From Fonticula alba ATCC 38817 (lineage: Eukaryota; Protista; Nucleariida): a DNA stretch of 5,627 nt. The stretch is from assembly GCA_000388065.2 (NCBI GenBank), contig KB932203.1; one strand, written 5' to 3'. The position numbers and the translations under genes were made by a program. A model generated the notes under the pieces. It was given only the letters and a program-made list of their open reading frames with translations, ran no database searches and was not told where the DNA came from. Shown here piece after piece: positions 5,593-5,627 of the stretch; the stretch's first letter is position 1, and each line of letters opens with the position of its first letter.

Positions 5593-5627
<35 letters not shown>
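5362..5627. repeat. (CAG/CAA)n trinucleotide repeat, at least 88 units, running off the window end
   Basis: Hand count: 71 CAG plus 17 CAA and no other interruption. The longest pure run is (CAG)17 at 5386-5436. Confidence 0.97.

Larger units (their letters stand above)
5153..5627 (-). other. MCM7 intron, 3' portion (donor lies outside the window)
   Basis: MCM7 similarity stops at the CAG acceptor (5155-5153). Upstream are pyrimidine tracts, GCTGAC (5272-5267) and the CTG/TTG repeat. About the first third of MCM7 is missing and must lie further upstream if the assembly is correct. Confidence 0.7.

Noticed and set aside
5056-5616. Poly-Leu 'protein' on the minus strand
   Set aside because: It is a translation of the CTG/TTG repeat, starts at TTG, and is out of frame with MCM7.
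1-5627. tRNA, rRNA, transposon, CRISPR or prokaryotic operon features
   Set aside because: I saw no cloverleaf, rRNA-like segment, transposase or reverse-transcriptase motif, or regularly spaced repeat-spacer array.

Overview
GC-rich, intron-containing eukaryotic DNA, probably from a unicellular eukaryote (the taxon cannot be fixed from sequence alone). Two conserved genes are confidently recognisable and both are cut by the window edges. On +, the last coding exon of a PRL/PTP4A-type prenylated phosphatase lies at 32-367 (HCVAGLGRA P-loop, C-terminal CLVM CaaX). On -, the last three coding exons of the replicative helicase subunit MCM7 lie at 5152-4207, 3961-3601 and 3264-3123; splicing them gives an intact 482-aa C-terminal part with [15 protein letters not shown] and SRFD. 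Between the genes (368-3120) is about 2.7 kb of unexplained sequence: a C-rich low-complexity tract that is probably the PRL 3'UTR, a likely poly(A) site near 1600 flanked by a Z-DNA/palindrome cluster, a weak orphan exon candidate with a 12-bp repeat, and a lower-GC promoter-like island. The most notable oddities are (i) a >=88-unit CAG/CAA-only repeat inside an MCM7 intron, preceded by an open antisense ATG frame; (ii) a repeated MCM7 intron layout of GTGCGT donor, G-quadruplex-type G tract, distant CTRAC branch point and long AG-free zone; (iii) a 3n stop-free intron; and (iv) a 906-codon stop-free minus-strand frame missing from the ORF track. None is proven to be a new system. All coordinates and counts are hand-derived.
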